NCBI GenBank assembly: GCA_043228905.1
Contig: JBHGNT010000014.1
Span: 20,894,001 to 20,958,000, forward strand
Reading direction: 5' to 3'
DNA length: 64,000 bases
Origin: Azolla caroliniana
Lineage: Eukaryota; Plantae; Polypodiophyta
Shown: positions 18,475-30,169 of the stretch, one piece after another
How positions within the stretch are numbered: position 1 is the first letter of the stretch
Layout of the letters: every line of letters starts with the position of its first letter
The notes under the pieces: model-generated
Seen by the model: the letters and a program-made list of their open reading frames with translations, nothing else
Database searches by the model: none
What the model was told of the DNA's origin: nothing
Translations under genes and position numbers: made by a program

Positions 18475-18559
18475 CATGCACGCACACACACGGCATGCAC
18501 ACATGCACCCTTCCCAATGAAAAGCTGGACAGAAACAACTTCGCATCTTGGGAATACAC

Positions 18560-18853
18560 GATGCAAAATCCATCTTGTCGGCTAATGCTATTGGAGTTAC
18601 ATTGAAGGAACTCAAGAAATGAAACCCAACCCAACACATGTCGACTACTCTACATGGGAGCAAGTGGCGAGCCGTGTGTTGTATTGCTTTGCATCATGTG
18701 GTCACCACCACATGCTCGGTTACATTCGAGAAGCCAAGACGCCGAAGGAAGCTTGTCAAAATCTCAAGAAAATCTTCATGGCCAATACGACTGCACGAAA
18801 GCTTCAACTCCGCCAAGAATTGAATAATGTCCAACAAAGGGAAATGTCGATCA
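18560..18853 (+). mobile_element. Oldest host element: degenerate Ty1/Copia gag, 5' part (continues at 34947-35085)
   Basis: YWSYIEG...WEQVASRVLYCFASC...AKTPKEA..NLKKIFMANTTARKLQLRQELNNVQQREMSI. After removing Copia A the frame resumes TSYTLTIMELLDALDSINVNIDDDEMVQICLGVL. Confidence 0.8.
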
Positions 18854-21800
18854 TGTTAGGATTTGAATTGACCACAACCGATTTCTCGTATATGTGTTCG
18901 GGTGCAAAGAAAACGAACAAGGACATGCATAGACAGAAAATAGAAGAACAAAAATACTCAGAAATGAGACAGATATTTTACCACGGGGGTCCACAAACCC
19001 CAAGAAAACAAATCACTATGTGTACGGAGAGGAGTACAAGGAAACTCAAAGGCAACAACCTCGAGCTCGTCTTCGTCTAACAGACAACGACAAAGTTACT
19101 ACTCTCTCTCTCTCTCTCTCTCACGGTTATAGAGGCAACTACTGTCAATGTAACTCTTACAACTATAATGATGATAACATATCTATAAAGTTTGCCCTAG
19201 TTGTATTTATACATATACAACTTTCTGGCTATTTACATACATAGCCCACAAGGGTCACATTTAGACTATTTACATATATGGTCTCCCAATTTCGGTTTCG
19301 ATTTTCGATTTCGGCCTCAGTTGAAATACTCATTGACTCCATCCAATTTGGTTCGTTCTCTTTTCCTCGATTCAAGCTCCTCTTCCCATCCGGAGGGACT
19401 TGTTATCTAACAAACTCCCCCCTTCACTCCGGCATGGGGTACTTAACCAACCAACCCTTTTTCGGCACTTGTCCAACTTTTCGGCCGACAACACCTTCAT
19501 GAACATGTCTGACCCGTTCTTTGTTGTGTGCACCTTTACTAGAGTAAACTCCCTTTCTTCCACTCGCTCTCAGAGCCAATGGTATCTCCTCTGGATGTGC
19601 TTGGTCTTCGAGTGATAGGCGACATTCTTTGCAAGGTGGATGACACTCTGATTATCGCAGTAGAATCAGAATTCCTCTTGTCGAATTCCCAACTCTCTGA
19701 TGGACTCCTTCATCCATATAATTTCCATGTTGACTTCCACTGCGGCCATGCACTCGGTCTCCGTGGTTGATAGCACCATGGCCTTTAGTAGCCTCGACTA
19801 CCACGAGATAACTCCCCATGCATAGGTCATTACATACTCGTACGTGGATCGATTGGTATCTACATCAACCGACATGTCCGAATCAATAAAGCCTTCTAAT
19901 AGGGGTTTACCTGAGCCGAATCGAAGACACATGCTCAAGGTGACTCTCAGGTACCGGAGTATCCACTTCACCGCAACCCAATGCTCTCTTCCGGGATTGC
20001 TCATATATCGGTTGATGACTCCGATAGCATATCCGATGTTCGGCATGGTAAAAACCATAGCGTACATTAGGCTTCCGAATGCTGAGGCATAAGGCGCTTT
20101 TGACATCTCGACCTTCTCAATTTTTGATTGCTTCCGGACAACTTTAGTTTGTCGGCAGTGTCGAGCCGACCGGTTTCACGCTTTCCATGCTGAATCTCTA
20201 AAGCACCTTTGCCATGTACTTTTCTTGTCACAACCACTATAAGTTCTTTATCCTGTCTCAGACAATGTGCATTCCTAGGATCAGCTTTGCTGGACCCATA
20301 TCCTTTATTGAGAATGACCTACTCAAGGCCTTCTTCAGAGCTCAGATCTTGCTATAATCCCATCCGACTATCAACATTTCGTCCAAGCGGGGTAAATATT
20401 TCGTCGAAATCAAGATCCTTCTTCAGTTGAAAGCCATTCACCACGATTCGGGCTTTATACCTGGGTGGATTCCTACCATCTCCCTGTTTCAATTTGTATA
20501 CCCATTTATTCCGGAATGCATTTTTCCCTTTCGGCAACTCGGTCAATTCGTATGTGTGGTTCTCATGCAAGGAATCCATCTCCTCTTGCATGACGCTTAA
20601 CCACTTTCGGGTGTGGGTATCTCTCTTAGCTTCCTCGAAGCTTTCTGGCTCCCCCTCATCGGTTAACAACACATGTTCTTCATCCGGAAATATCTGGGGG
20701 GGCTTCTCTCTCTCAAGGGGTATCTTCTACCTCCGTTCGACATAGTCGGTTCTTCGACTTCTTCGGCTGAGTCAAATTCAGTTCCCCTTGTTCTTCAGTC
20801 GGTTCTTGATTTTGCCGAGTATTAATTCTGTTGGCTGGCTTAGATTTGATTTCGATCGAATCGACTTCTACTCGATTCGATCGACCATCGACTCGGCTCG
20901 ATTCAGTAGTTGGAGATTTATTCTCAATCTCCCAATTGACAATCGTCTTCTCTTCCATGAAGACGATGTCTTGGCTCTTAATCACCTTCTTCTCGGCTAA
21001 GTCCCATAGTCGATAACCGAATTCATCATCGTCGTAGCTGAGAAATATACATGGACGAGATTTTGAATCCAATTTCCCCCTTTGGTCCTTTGCCACATGC
21101 ACACATGCAAGACCGCCAAACACCCTCAGATTTCGGTACGAGACATCTTTGCTGCTCCACACCCTTTGTGGAATATCACCGTCCAAGGGTATTGAGGCGA
21201 TCAATTTATCACATACGGTGCCGTCATCCACGCGTCAGCCTAAAACATCTTTGGTAACTTCGCATGTGCAAGCATACTTTGAACCCTCTCCATTACGGTT
21301 TGGTTCATCCTCTCAGCCAGCTCGTTGAGCTTTGGCATCTTCGGCACGGTATACTCGAGCCTGATTCCTTGCGTTGGTATTCACCACCGTTGTCGGCTTG
21401 AATAGCTTTAAGCTTTTAGCCGGTTTCTCTTTCGGCCCTCACTTGGAACTCTTTGAAGACGGCTAACAACTGGTCCTTCATCTTCAACACGGAAGCCCAC
21501 AACTTCTGGCTATAGTCGTCTTCAAAGGTCACAAAATATTGTGAACCACCATGAGACTTTGTGCTCACATAGCATACGTCGATATGGCACATGAGTTCTA
21601 GCGGCATTTTCTTCCTCATTGGGGGCCTCGATCAGAAGGAGGTTCTGTTTTGCTTGCCGGCCAAGCAATCAACGCACTTCTCAAGTTGCACGTTCTTTAC
21701 CTCAGGAATAAGGTTGTCATCGGCAAGGCTTCGCATCCCCTTCTCTCTCATATTGCACAACCTCTTGTGCCACAGGTCTCCGACAATGTTAATTACCACA

Positions 21801-24666
21801 TTTGCTTCCCCTCGGCATATTTTGTTGGGAATATGTCGCTCCAGTGGGAGGATGATCCGATTGTTCGGAAAGCCGATCGTCGAAGAGTTGGAAAACAGGA
21901 GCCGAGTTGATGAGGAACTCGGCCGAGGCCGAAACCGGAATCGTGTAAATAGCCAACTTGGGAGACTATATTTGTAAATAGTCTAAGTGTGCACCCCATG
22001 AGGGTTACATATGTAAATAACCAGAAAGTTGCGTATGTACATATGCAACTAGGGCAAACTTTGTATTAGAGAGAGAGAAGTGTAAGTGCAGAAGTGGTAG
22101 AACGTGAGAGAGTGTGAGAGAGGTGGGAGAGCCGCGCCATAGCTGTGTGTGTAACAGCAAACGCAAAGAGCCCTGTGCGGCTGATATACTCGACAGAGTG
22201 TTGTATTCCTCTCAGTGCGTTGTATACCTACTTTCTATAGTGAAGAAATCTGTTCACCTGTGGTTTTCCCTGTTTTAGGGTTCCCACGTAAGTCTCTATG
22301 CACTCTTGTTTATCTTGTCTTTTCCTTGGCATATTTTCTGTGATTCGTATTTCAGCAGTGTCTGTTCATTGTGATTTATATTCCGCAACGATTTCTCAAC
22401 AAACTGGTATCAGAGCTTGAGGTGCAAGCATGGAAGGAGGTGTTAGCGGTTTCCCAGGTATTATAGGTCTCAACTCACAGAACTATGCATACTGGAAGAT
22501 CAAGATGGAAGACCTTCTCATAGTCAAAGACTTGTACGAGCCAGTCGACATAGCAAAAATACCTAGGGGGTATTGGAGTCGGATTGGAAGCTTCTAAATC
22601 GGAAGGCGGTGGCCACTATCCGACGATGTGTCGACTTAAGTGTCCTTCAACATGTGGCGAACGACACAAATGCCCACGAGATGTGGCAGAAGCTGTCGGG
22701 TCTGTACGAGAGGAAGAACACGCTAAACAGAACCTCGCTAATGAGAAAAATCATACGGCTAAAATACAGAGACGGTGAGAGCATCGTCGAACATATCAAC
22801 ACGTTTATGGGGTATGTAAATCAACTTGCTGCGACCAAGGTTCCCCTGGATGACGCAATGCAGGCCATCCTGTTGATGTGCACAATGCCGGAAAGCTGGG
22901 AGAACCTGGTGGTTACTCTCAGCACCTCCTGTCAAGAAGAGAACTTGTCTTTACAGACAGTGAAGACAAGCATCCTAAACGAGGAGGCAAGGAGGAAAGA
23001 CAAAGGAGTCATGTCCCAAATGGAGTCGAATCCGACTCAACATATGGACAGAGGAAGGGACCGGCGAAGAAGAAGTCCGCAGCAAACAGACAAATCCCAC
23101 GCCAGATCGAAGTCCAGAGGTAAGCCCGTGTGCTTTTATTGTGGAAAACCTGGACACTTCCAGAAGGACTGCAGACACATGAGAAAAGACAAGAAGGTCG
23201 GAAATAATGTCGAACCCCGGAAAATTCCGGATGAAAAGAACACTTCGGCCATTGCTACGAGCAATGAGGAACTCCTGTTCATTTGTGAATAGACAAGTGC
23301 AAACCTTGCAAGCTAAGAGTGCACTTGGGTGGTTGATTCTGGCGCATCCTTCCATATTACTCCGTTGAGAGAGGATTTATCGACTTACATAGCCGGGGAT
23401 CATGGCTATGTAAAGATGGGTGATAGTGGAGAATGCAAGATAACCGGAGTCAGAAGTGTGTGCTTAACGACGTCGACAGGGTGTCCACTAACGTTGAAGG
23501 ATGTTGGACACGTCCCCGATATCAGATTGAATATGATATGGACTGGAAGGCTTGACGACGAAGGCTACAATGATAGCTTTCGGAATGGCAAGTGGAAGTT
23601 CTGCCGAGGAAACCTTATAGTGGCCCGAGCACAGAAAGAAGGCACATTGTACATGATGCATGCCTGACTGTGCAAATCGGAAGTAAACATGGCAGCCGAC
23701 TCGGTAGGAGAGATATGGCATAAGAGGCTAGGCCACATGAGTGAAAAAGGAATGCACCTGCTAGCTGACCAGAAACTTCTACCAGAAGTCAAGGGAGTGC
23801 ACTTGGAGAAGTGTGTCGACTGCTTAGCCGGAAAGCAGAACAGGACGACATTCCACTCGAGACCACCGAGGAGAAGAGAAGCTGCACTAGAATTAGTACA
23901 CACGGACGTGTGCTATGTGGATGCTCCATCGCATCGAGGAGGACAATACTTTGTAACATTTATTGACGACTACAGTCGGAAAACATGGGCCTTCGTATTG
24001 AAGTTGAAGGATCAAGTACTATTGGTTTTCAAGGAGTTCCAGGCAAGAACCGAAAGAGAGTCGGGTCGAAAACTGGAGGTTGTTCGAACTGACAATGGTG
24101 GTGAGTATAAAGGGCAGTTCGAAGAATACTGCAAGAGCCAAGGTATTCGAATCGAATACACAGTACCAAAGACCCCATAGTTGAACGGGCTTGCAGAGAG
24201 GATGAATCGAACGATCATGGAGAGAGTAAGGAGCATGCTCTCTCATGCGAAACTACTGAAATCCTATTGGGCTGAGGCGTTGTACACAGTTGTTTATCTG
24301 ATCAACAAGTCTCCCTCAGTGCCATTAAAGGGTGATGTCCCACAAAGGGTGTGGACAGGGAAGGATGTCTCCTACCAACACCTGAGGGTGTTTGGATGTT
24401 TGGCGTATATGCATGTACCAAAGCATCAGAGGTCAAAGCTCGACAACAAGTCGAAAGCATGCATATTCATGGGATACTCGGAAGATGAGTTCGACTACAG
24501 GCTATGGGACCTAGTCGACAAGAAGGTAGTGAGAAGTCGGGATGTAGTCTTTCTAGAAGACAAGAAAATTGAAGACTGGAAGCAACAGAAGTCGGAACCG
24601 ACTCCCTAGTCTGTTGGGATTTACGGTCCCTCCGGATGGGATGTCTGGAGATGAATGACGGCAAGC

Positions 24667-24885
24667 CCGGTTGCGGTTACGGAACCGGAGGATGAAGAGT
24701 ACTCGGCATGAAGCCGGATGAAGAGTACCCGGTTACGGAGCCGGATGACGAAGACCCGGCTACGGAGCCGGATGATGAAGACCCCGGTTACGGAGCCGGA
24801 TGACGAAGACCCGGTTACGGAGCCGGATGACGAAGACCCGGTTACGGAGCCGGATGACGAAGACCCCGGCTACGGAGCCGGATGA
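24667..24885 (+). repeat. ~29-30-bp tandem array in the Copia C U3 (second copy ~30214-30432)
   Basis: Unit ccggttacggagccggatgacgaagac(c), about 7 copies in each LTR. Confidence 0.9.
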
Positions 24886-25308
24886 TGTATGTACCCGGAG
24901 AGAGATCCGGATGCGGGGACATATTTGTGAATATGTTTGCCAAGGGCCCTTGAGGCTATATTTGTAAATAGCCCGAAAGTCATATGTGTATAAATATGAC
25001 TTAGGGCAAACAGTTTTGATGTTGTTGCTCATCTTCTGTTTTCCACTTAGAGGGAGCGAAGTGAGAGCAGCCGAGAGGTAAAGAGAGAGAGAGAGAGAGA
25101 GAAACGAGGAGGTCGTTGCCTCTGTGTATTACCGCCGCCTGTGGCGAAGACAGTGAGCTCAAGGTTGTTGCCTTGAAGCTTCACCATTGTACATCTCTGT
25201 TCATAGTGATAGTTGGAGTTTGAGGACTCCCGTGGTTTTTTTTTCATTTAGGGTTTTCCACAGCACCGTTCGTAACAAAGTGGTATCAGAGCGACGGTAA
25301 CACAGAAA

Positions 25309-28300
25309 ATGGAAGGCGGCGGCAGCGGGCAACCGGGGATGATGGTGCTGAATGCGCAGAACTACGCCGACTGGAAGATCAAGATGGAGGATCTTCTGAT
25401 TGTTCGGGACCTGTACGAACCGATTGACAGGTCGGAAATACCGAAGGGGGTACTTGAGTCGGAATGGAGGCTTCTGAACCGGAAAGCCGTTGCAACCATT
25501 CGGCAATACGTCGATGTGAGCGTTCTACAGCATGTGGCGAACGACACCAACGCATACGAGATGTGGAGGAAGCTGTCGGGCCTCTACGAGAGGAAGAATG
25601 CGTTGAACCGGACCTCCCTGATGAGGAAGATAGTGAACCTCAAGTACCGGGACGGTGAGAGTATGGTGGAACACGTAAGCACGTTCATGGGATTCGTGAA
25701 CCAGCTTGCGGCGATCAAGTTCCCGTTGGAGGATGCAATGCAAGCCATCATCTTGATGTGTACATTGCCGGAAAGCTGGGAGAACTTGGTGGTGACTCTC
25801 AGCACCTCCTGCACGGAAGATAACCTGTCCCTACAAACGGTAAAGACAAGTATTTTGAATGAAGAAGCGCGTCGGAGAGATAAAGAACCGGCCTCCGACT
25901 CGAAGGCGCTGCTTACCGAATCGGAACGGGGAAGACAATGGAACCGGAGTCCGCAAAGACGGGAGAAGTCGGGGACCCGGTCGCAGTCAAGAGGAAGACC
26001 CACATGCTTCCACTGTGGGAAGCCGGGGCACTTCCGGAAGAATTGTCGGCATTACCGAAAGGACAACGGAGCCGACGACACCGATTCGAAGAAGTCACCG
26101 GAGAGAAACGGTGCATACCGGGGAGCCACGGACCGGAGAGGTCCGGATCGGCGAGGGCAGGACCGGAAAGGAACGACGGCACTCGCGGCAAGTGAAGAAG
26201 AGATAATGCTCATTACCGAAGAAAGGGAGCTGAACCTTGCCGGTGAAGAGATGACCTGGGTGGTCGATTCCGGAGCGTCGTTCCACCTGACCCCGGAGAA
26301 GAAATACTTCTCATCCTACATAGCCGGTGAGCACGGCTGTGTCCGGATGGGAAATGAAGGCACATGCCGGATTGCCGGCATAGGAGATGTGTGGTTGACA
26401 ACCTCGACCGGATGCAAAATGCTGCTGAAGGATGTTCGACACGTTCCGGAGGTTCGATTGAACCTGATTTCGGCCGGGAGGCTAGACGATGAAGGCTACA
26501 CGGGTAGCATCCGGAACGGTGTCATGAAGTTCAGCAAAGGGAGCCTGATAGTGGCTCGGGCCCGGAAGATCAACACACTGTACCTGATGAATTCCCGGCT
26601 ATGTCCGGAGGAGCTGAACGTGGCAGCTGACACTGCCGGTGAGCTATGGCACAAGAGACTGTGCCACATGAGCGAGAAGGGGATGAAGAGGCTTGCAGAA
26701 GACAACCTTATTCCAGTGAAGCATGTGCACCTGGAGAAGTGCACCGATTGCCTGGCCGGTAAGCAGAACCGAACCTCCTTCCACTCAAGGCCACCGACGA
26801 GACGTTGTGCACCATTGGAGTTGGTGCACACTGACGTGTGTCAGGTAGAAACGAAGTCACATGGCGGAGCCCAGTACTTCGTGACATTCATTGATGACCA
26901 CAGCCGGAAGCTGTGGACGGCACCGTTGAAGACGAAGGACCAAGTGTTGGGCGTCTTCAAAGAACTCCACGCGAGAGTGGAAAGGGAATCCGGCAAGAAA
27001 CTGAAAGCGATATGAGCGGATAACGGAGGGGAATACCGGGGGCAGTTCCAGGAGTACTGTCGCTCGAAGGGAATCCGGCTCGAGTTTACTGTGCCGAAGA
27101 CGCCGGAACTGAACGGACTGGCCGAGAGGATGAACCGGACCATAATGGAGAGGGTCCGGAGTATGCTGGCGCATGCGAAATTACCCAAGGGGTTCTGGGC
27201 TGAGGCAATGTCGACGGCGACATACGTGATAAACAGATCACCCTCAGTACCTTTGGACGGAGACACGCCGCAAAAAGTGTGGACCGGTAAGGAAGTGTCC
27301 TACCGGCATCTGAAGGTGTTCGGGTGTCTCGCATATGTGCATGTGGCAAAGGACCGGAGAGGAAAGCTAGATCCAAAGACCCGGCCATGCATATTCCTCG
27401 GTTACGGCGACGATGAGTTCGGCTACCGAGTATGGGACCCGGTCGACAAGAAGATATTCAGGAGTCGAGACATCATCTTCATGGAGGACAAGACACTCGC
27501 CGACTGGGAGTCGGAGAAGAAGATGAAGAGCTCCAAGTCGACCGGTGAGAATCAACTCTACGAGGAGCAGTCCCGACCGGCAAGGGACCGGTTAGCACTC
27601 GAGGATCCGGCCGAAGACGGTGAAGAAACAGAACCGGCCGAAGAAGATGAAAATGATACCGGAACCGGTCCCGATCCCGAAATGGATTCGGATGAAGAAG
27701 AATCGGAAGAACCGGTCACCGAAGCTCCGGAACGGAGATATCCTCTAAGAGAGAGAAGGCCCCCCCGGAGATTTCCGGATCCAGAGCACGTGCTGCTAAC
27801 CGACGAGGGGGAGCCGGAGAGCTTTGAAGAAGCAAAGCACGACACCCAGAGCCGCAGGTGGTTGAGTGCCATGCAGGACGAGATGGATTCCCTGCATGAA
27901 AACCACACATATGAACTTGTGGAGTTGCCGAAAGGAAAACGGGCACTCCGGAACAAGTGGGTGTTCAAGCTGAAACCGGGAGATGCCGGAAACCCCCCGA
28001 GATACAAAGCCAGGATCGTGGTGAAGGGGTTCCAGCAGAAGAAGGGCATCGACTTCGACGAGATATTTGCCCCGGTAGTGAAGATGACCTCCATCCGGAC
28101 GGTGCTGAGCATAGCGGCAAGCATGGACCTCGAGGTAGAACAGATGGACGTGAAGACGGCATTCCTTCACGGTGACCTCGAAGAAGAGATCTACATGCAG
28201 CAACCGGAAGGATTCGAGAAGAAAGGGAAGGAGCACCTGGTATGCCGGTTGAAGAAGAGCCTTTACGGACTGAAGCAGGCTCCCCGGCAATGGTACCGGA

Positions 28301-29382
28301 AGTTTGACTCCTTCATGACCGACGAAGGGTACCTCAAAACGCAGTCCGACCACTGCGTGTTTGTGAAGAAGTTTGAAGGAGGAGACTTCCTAATACTCCT
28401 CCTGTACGTGGACGACATGTTGATCGTCGGACGGGACCAGGTCAAGATACGGATGCTGAAGAAGGCTCTTCACCGAACCTTCTCAATGAAGGACTTGGGT
28501 CCGGCGAGGCAAATACTAGGGATGCACATCATCCGGGACCGGAAGAAGAAGCAGCTGTGGCTGTCACAGGAGAAGTACGTGATGAAGGTGCTTCACCGGT
28601 TCAACATGTCGGAAGCAAGACCGGTCGGATCGACCCTCCCGGTAAACTGCAAGCTGTCCAGCAAGCAAAGTCCCAAGACAAAGGCTGAAAAGGAGGATAT
28701 GATGAAAGTACCGTATGCCTCAGCCGTCGGGAGCTTGATGTACGCGATGGTGTGTACCCGACCGGACATAGGATATGCAGTCGGAGTGGTGAGCCGGTAC
28801 ATGAGCAATCCCGGCAAAGAGCATTGGAACGCGGTCAAATGGATACTTCGATACCTGAAGGGCACGGCAAACGTATGCCTCCGATTCGGATCCGGTAAGC
28901 CCGAACTCGACAGCTTCACCGATTCGGATATGTCGGCTGATGCAGATACCAGCCGGTCCACATCAGGGTATGTGATGACGTATGCAGGGGGAGCTGTTTC
29001 CTGGCAGTCGAGGCTGCAGAAGACGGTTGCGTTGTCAACCACGGAGGCGGAGTACATGGCGGCTGTTGAAGCCGGCAAGGAAATAATATGGATGAAGGAC
29101 TTCATTAGAGAGCTCGGTATCCGACAGGAGGAGTACCGACTCTACTGCGACAGTCAGAGTGCCATCCACCTTGCGAAGAACGCAGCCTATCACTCCCGGA
29201 CGAAGCACATCCAGCGAAGATATCACTGGATCCGGGAAAGGATAGAAGACCAGGAGTTCGTGCTGACGAAGATTCACACGGACGAAAACGGCTCAGATAT
29301 GCTGACCAAAGTGCTCACACCCGACAAGCTGGAAGCATGCCGAAAGAGGATCGGATTGGAGAGACATCCCATGCCGAAGTGA
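25309..29382 (+). CDS. Copia C Gag-PR-INT-RT-RH polyprotein (1357 codons) with a single premature stop
   Basis: ORFs 25309-27015 and 27091-29382 are in the same frame, separated only by TGA at 27013 (KAI*ADNGGEY, expected R; CGA>TGA). Motifs CFHCGKPGHFRKNC, DSGASFH, HTDVC, LLLYVDDMLI, TDSD, KHIQRRYHWIRE. Confidence 0.95.
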
Positions 29383-29407
29383 AGGGGGAGTTTGTTGGGA
29401 TTTACGG

Positions 29408-30169
29408 TGTCGTAGTGTATTTCGTACACTACGTGAAAAAGTAAAAATAATATAACCGATTTAATTACATATAAATAAATAAAATAAGAATATCAAGATA
29501 TTTATCACCAATAAATAAAATAAGAATATCAAGATATTTATCACGTGCATAGGGCAAGATTTGAACCTTGTACCTCCACGTAGCCAAATCTCAACTTTAC
29601 CATTATGCTACCTTATCTTTAGTGTTCTATAAATAGATTTAATAACTATAAGTGCTTTATTTGCGCCTACCTTTATTAAAAAGGTAAATCATGCATTTTT
29701 AGAGTGCGTGAATATTTTATAGAAAAAACGCAAGCAACTAAAAAAGTGACTCATGCATATCTAGCGTGCATGAGCACTATATTTAGCAAATAAAAGCAAG
29801 GATTAGAAAAGCATCACATGCACATTTAGTGTGCATGAACATATTAGAAAAAGCATGTAGCTATGCTTAGTCTCTCCCATCACTATATAAGGATGGGGAG
29901 CACATTGTAGTTTTTGTTGATTATTTTTCTATAATGATCAATCAATCTAAAATATTCGTGGGATTCACGAATTTGCTAAAATAATTCTCTTTGACTACCT
30001 AAATATTGACTAAATATACTAAACTCGTGGGATTCACGAGATTCTTATCTTATAACTCTTTATACCTATTCTTTACTAGCCTTATTTGTATTTTTCTTTC
30101 CTCCTAGTCCAAAACCCCGGTGGTTCCCACCCGACTCACGCAAACGATCCGGAGCCGAAAGGCACGACA
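29408..30169 (+). mobile_element. 762-bp solo LTR (TGTCGT...ACGACA) inserted 15 bp into the Copia C 3' LTR
   Basis: Absent from the 5' LTR (gatttacggtccc). Flanked by a 4-bp ACGG duplication, with 6-bp terminal inverted repeats, TATA-like ctatataagg at ~29883, AT-rich sequence and no ORF, PBS or PPT. Confidence 0.85.

Noticed and set aside
24667-24885. ~30-bp repeat array that superficially resembles CRISPR
   Set aside because: Units are contiguous with no unique spacers, lie in both LTRs of a Copia, and there are no cas genes in this eukaryotic context.
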